NCBI GenBank assembly: GCA_002269645.1
Contig: NIVC01001649.1
Coordinates: 25,884 to 89,883 of the forward strand
DNA from: Macrostomum lignano
Lineage: Eukaryota
Direction: 5' to 3'
DNA: 64,000 bases
The position numbers were made by a program, and so were the translations under genes. The notes under the pieces were generated by a model. That model did no database searches and had not been told where the DNA came from. It saw only the letters and a program-made list of their open reading frames with translations. This document shows positions 62,271 to 64,000 of the stretch, one piece after another (the first letter of the stretch is position 1; each line of letters begins with the position of its first letter).

Positions 62271-63322
62271 TACTGTTAAATGTAGGATTAATACATGTAT
62301 ATAGCTGCTGCGTGCTTTAATGGTTTTGGTCACGAGTGCGCGTAGCCAAAGACCATTGAAGCACAAAGAAGCTATATACTGTATTAGTTACATTATAATA
62401 CTACGAATTACCATAGACAAAAGGTTGCAGTTGCGTTAGATGCACGTTGAAGACGAGAAGAGAGAGAAGAATAAAGCAGAGCTAGCTTTACTGACTCAAA
62501 AAGAGAATGGAACTACCGAGAAAAGAAAACTAATAGATCTGCTGCACTTTCCAAATGAAATAATTTCTTGGAATGTCCACGGATCAAATCAAGAATTTAT
62601 TGACGCATTCCCTCAAGGATTTATCAAGGATCAAGGACGCATTCCCTGAGTCCAAGATTTCTACAGCTCTACAGGCTACAGATGGAATATCTGGAAAAAA
62701 TGTCCAGGAACTACTGGAAACCTGCTTTGTGTAAGAACGTAAGAATGTAACGTGCACTGCATCGTGGTAGTGACGTGACTCCTACAGCCCAAGAGCCTGC
62801 TAACACCACTGTTGAGCCGCCTAATCAAGAGCAACATGTTGTGATGGTCGATTCATTGGCAGTGATGAGCCAGTCTCTGAACACAGTGGAACAACTGATA
62901 TCACCACCGCAACGACGCTGACCAACACTACTGGCAATGGCAGGCCTACAGTGATCTACAACATCTACGGTACACTGCACAACTGCATTTTTGAAGTGAA
63001 TCAGATCGAACTACGCGTGAGCAGACTATATTTAGGACCGCATGCTTGCTTTCAATCTCTGTGTACTTAATATCTGCTCCCGTTTTTAGCGTGCCTATAA
63101 TGCATTATCATATAGACTATCGTTTTTTAATGCATTTTTTAATGAAGCTGTTAAGTCACGATAAATTGCCATAGATTATGAGCGAGAAATTCACTGTTTT
63201 TATTAATTTAAGCAACAAGAACTTTAACAGGAAACAGATCGAGGATATAGCAAAGCAAACGAATACCAAAGTATTTGATTTTCGACAGTTAAGACTTATA
63301 AGTACGAGCTATATATTCTTTG

Positions 63323-64000
63323 TTAGAATTTGAACGTGCACCCATCGAAGAGGCAGTTGGCAAACATCGGCTGTTGCACACTTCGCAGGTCAACTTGAGC
63401 TTGCTGCATGACTGTTGCACTAGTGGTTGCACTCGTAGTCGCATCGGTTGGTGCGGCCAAATTGTCACTAACAGCGGTAGCAACCTTCCTGAGGGTTCTG
63501 TCACGCTTGCGTGCGAGATAACGTCGAACAGTGGACTCCGATCGTTGTCCCGTTACCGCCATTATCTCCCCATAGGCATTCCTTTGTCGAAAAGATCCGC
63601 AATACGCGTGACGCGTATGCAGTGATTCGTGTACTGCTTGGAGAGGTTGCACACACTACTAACGTGCTTCATGAATGCAGCCAACAATTGACACCGCGCA
63701 CTTGCGTAGCAGAGAATCGAATTTGTCCTCCCGAATTGTTAGTCAGAGGGCGCGGAAAGAACGAGACGAATTCTGCGGTAACAAACTCTGATAATGCAGG
63801 ATCAACTCCCGCTGAGCGCCGTAGATCCGACTCTGTTGCGCTGATTTCCCTTGCATTTTTTGGATCGCTAGTCTGGTTTTTTGTCTTTAACGCGGCAACG
63901 CAAGATATGGATTCCCATCAGCGTCGACTTCTTCTTGGAGCGTGCCAACTTGCTTTAGACTTGACAGGTGTTCTTGACGCTCTCTCGCCAGGACATACAG
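63323..64000 (-). mobile_element. Decayed Crypton-like (DUF3504-type) tyrosine recombinase, C-terminal part, several frameshifts; continues off the right edge
   Basis: Across frames: ARERQEHLSSLK, DADGNPY, KTKNQ, FFPRP, FMKHVSSVCNLSKQYTNHCIRVT, EIMAVTGQRSESTVRRY, FANCLFDGCTFKF*. Confidence 0.75.

Overview
Eukaryotic (metazoan) genomic DNA. GC-rich exons separated by introns filled with minisatellites suggest a free-living flatworm such as Macrostomum; this is inference from style, not proof. Genes reconstructed by hand from GT-AG junctions and phase: (1) first coding exon of a myristoylated SH3 protein, probably a Src-type kinase (- strand, 1579-2126, continues off the left edge); (2) a complete 5-exon Golgi alpha-mannosidase II (GH38, - strand, 7450-14255, ~1149 aa); (3) a 15-exon FARP/Cdep FERM-DH-PH-PH gene (+ strand, 17681-47386, ~1272 aa after three likely 1-bp homopolymer errors); (4) a 5-exon secreted SP-CUB-CUB-CUB-PAN protein (- strand, 50444-59233) plus an orphan duplicate of its CUB3 exon. 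Mobile DNA: a Tc1/mariner-type MITE, a decayed Crypton-like tyrosine recombinase, and the main finding, a 4470-bp Ty3/Gypsy (Mag-like) gag-pol element at 51567-56036. That element ends in 113-bp perfect INVERTED repeats instead of direct LTRs, yet has TG...CA ends and a 5-bp target duplication. A second theme is that many intronic minisatellites are built from splice signals (donor, acceptor and branch-site arrays), and one inverted pair of arrays brackets a symmetric exon.
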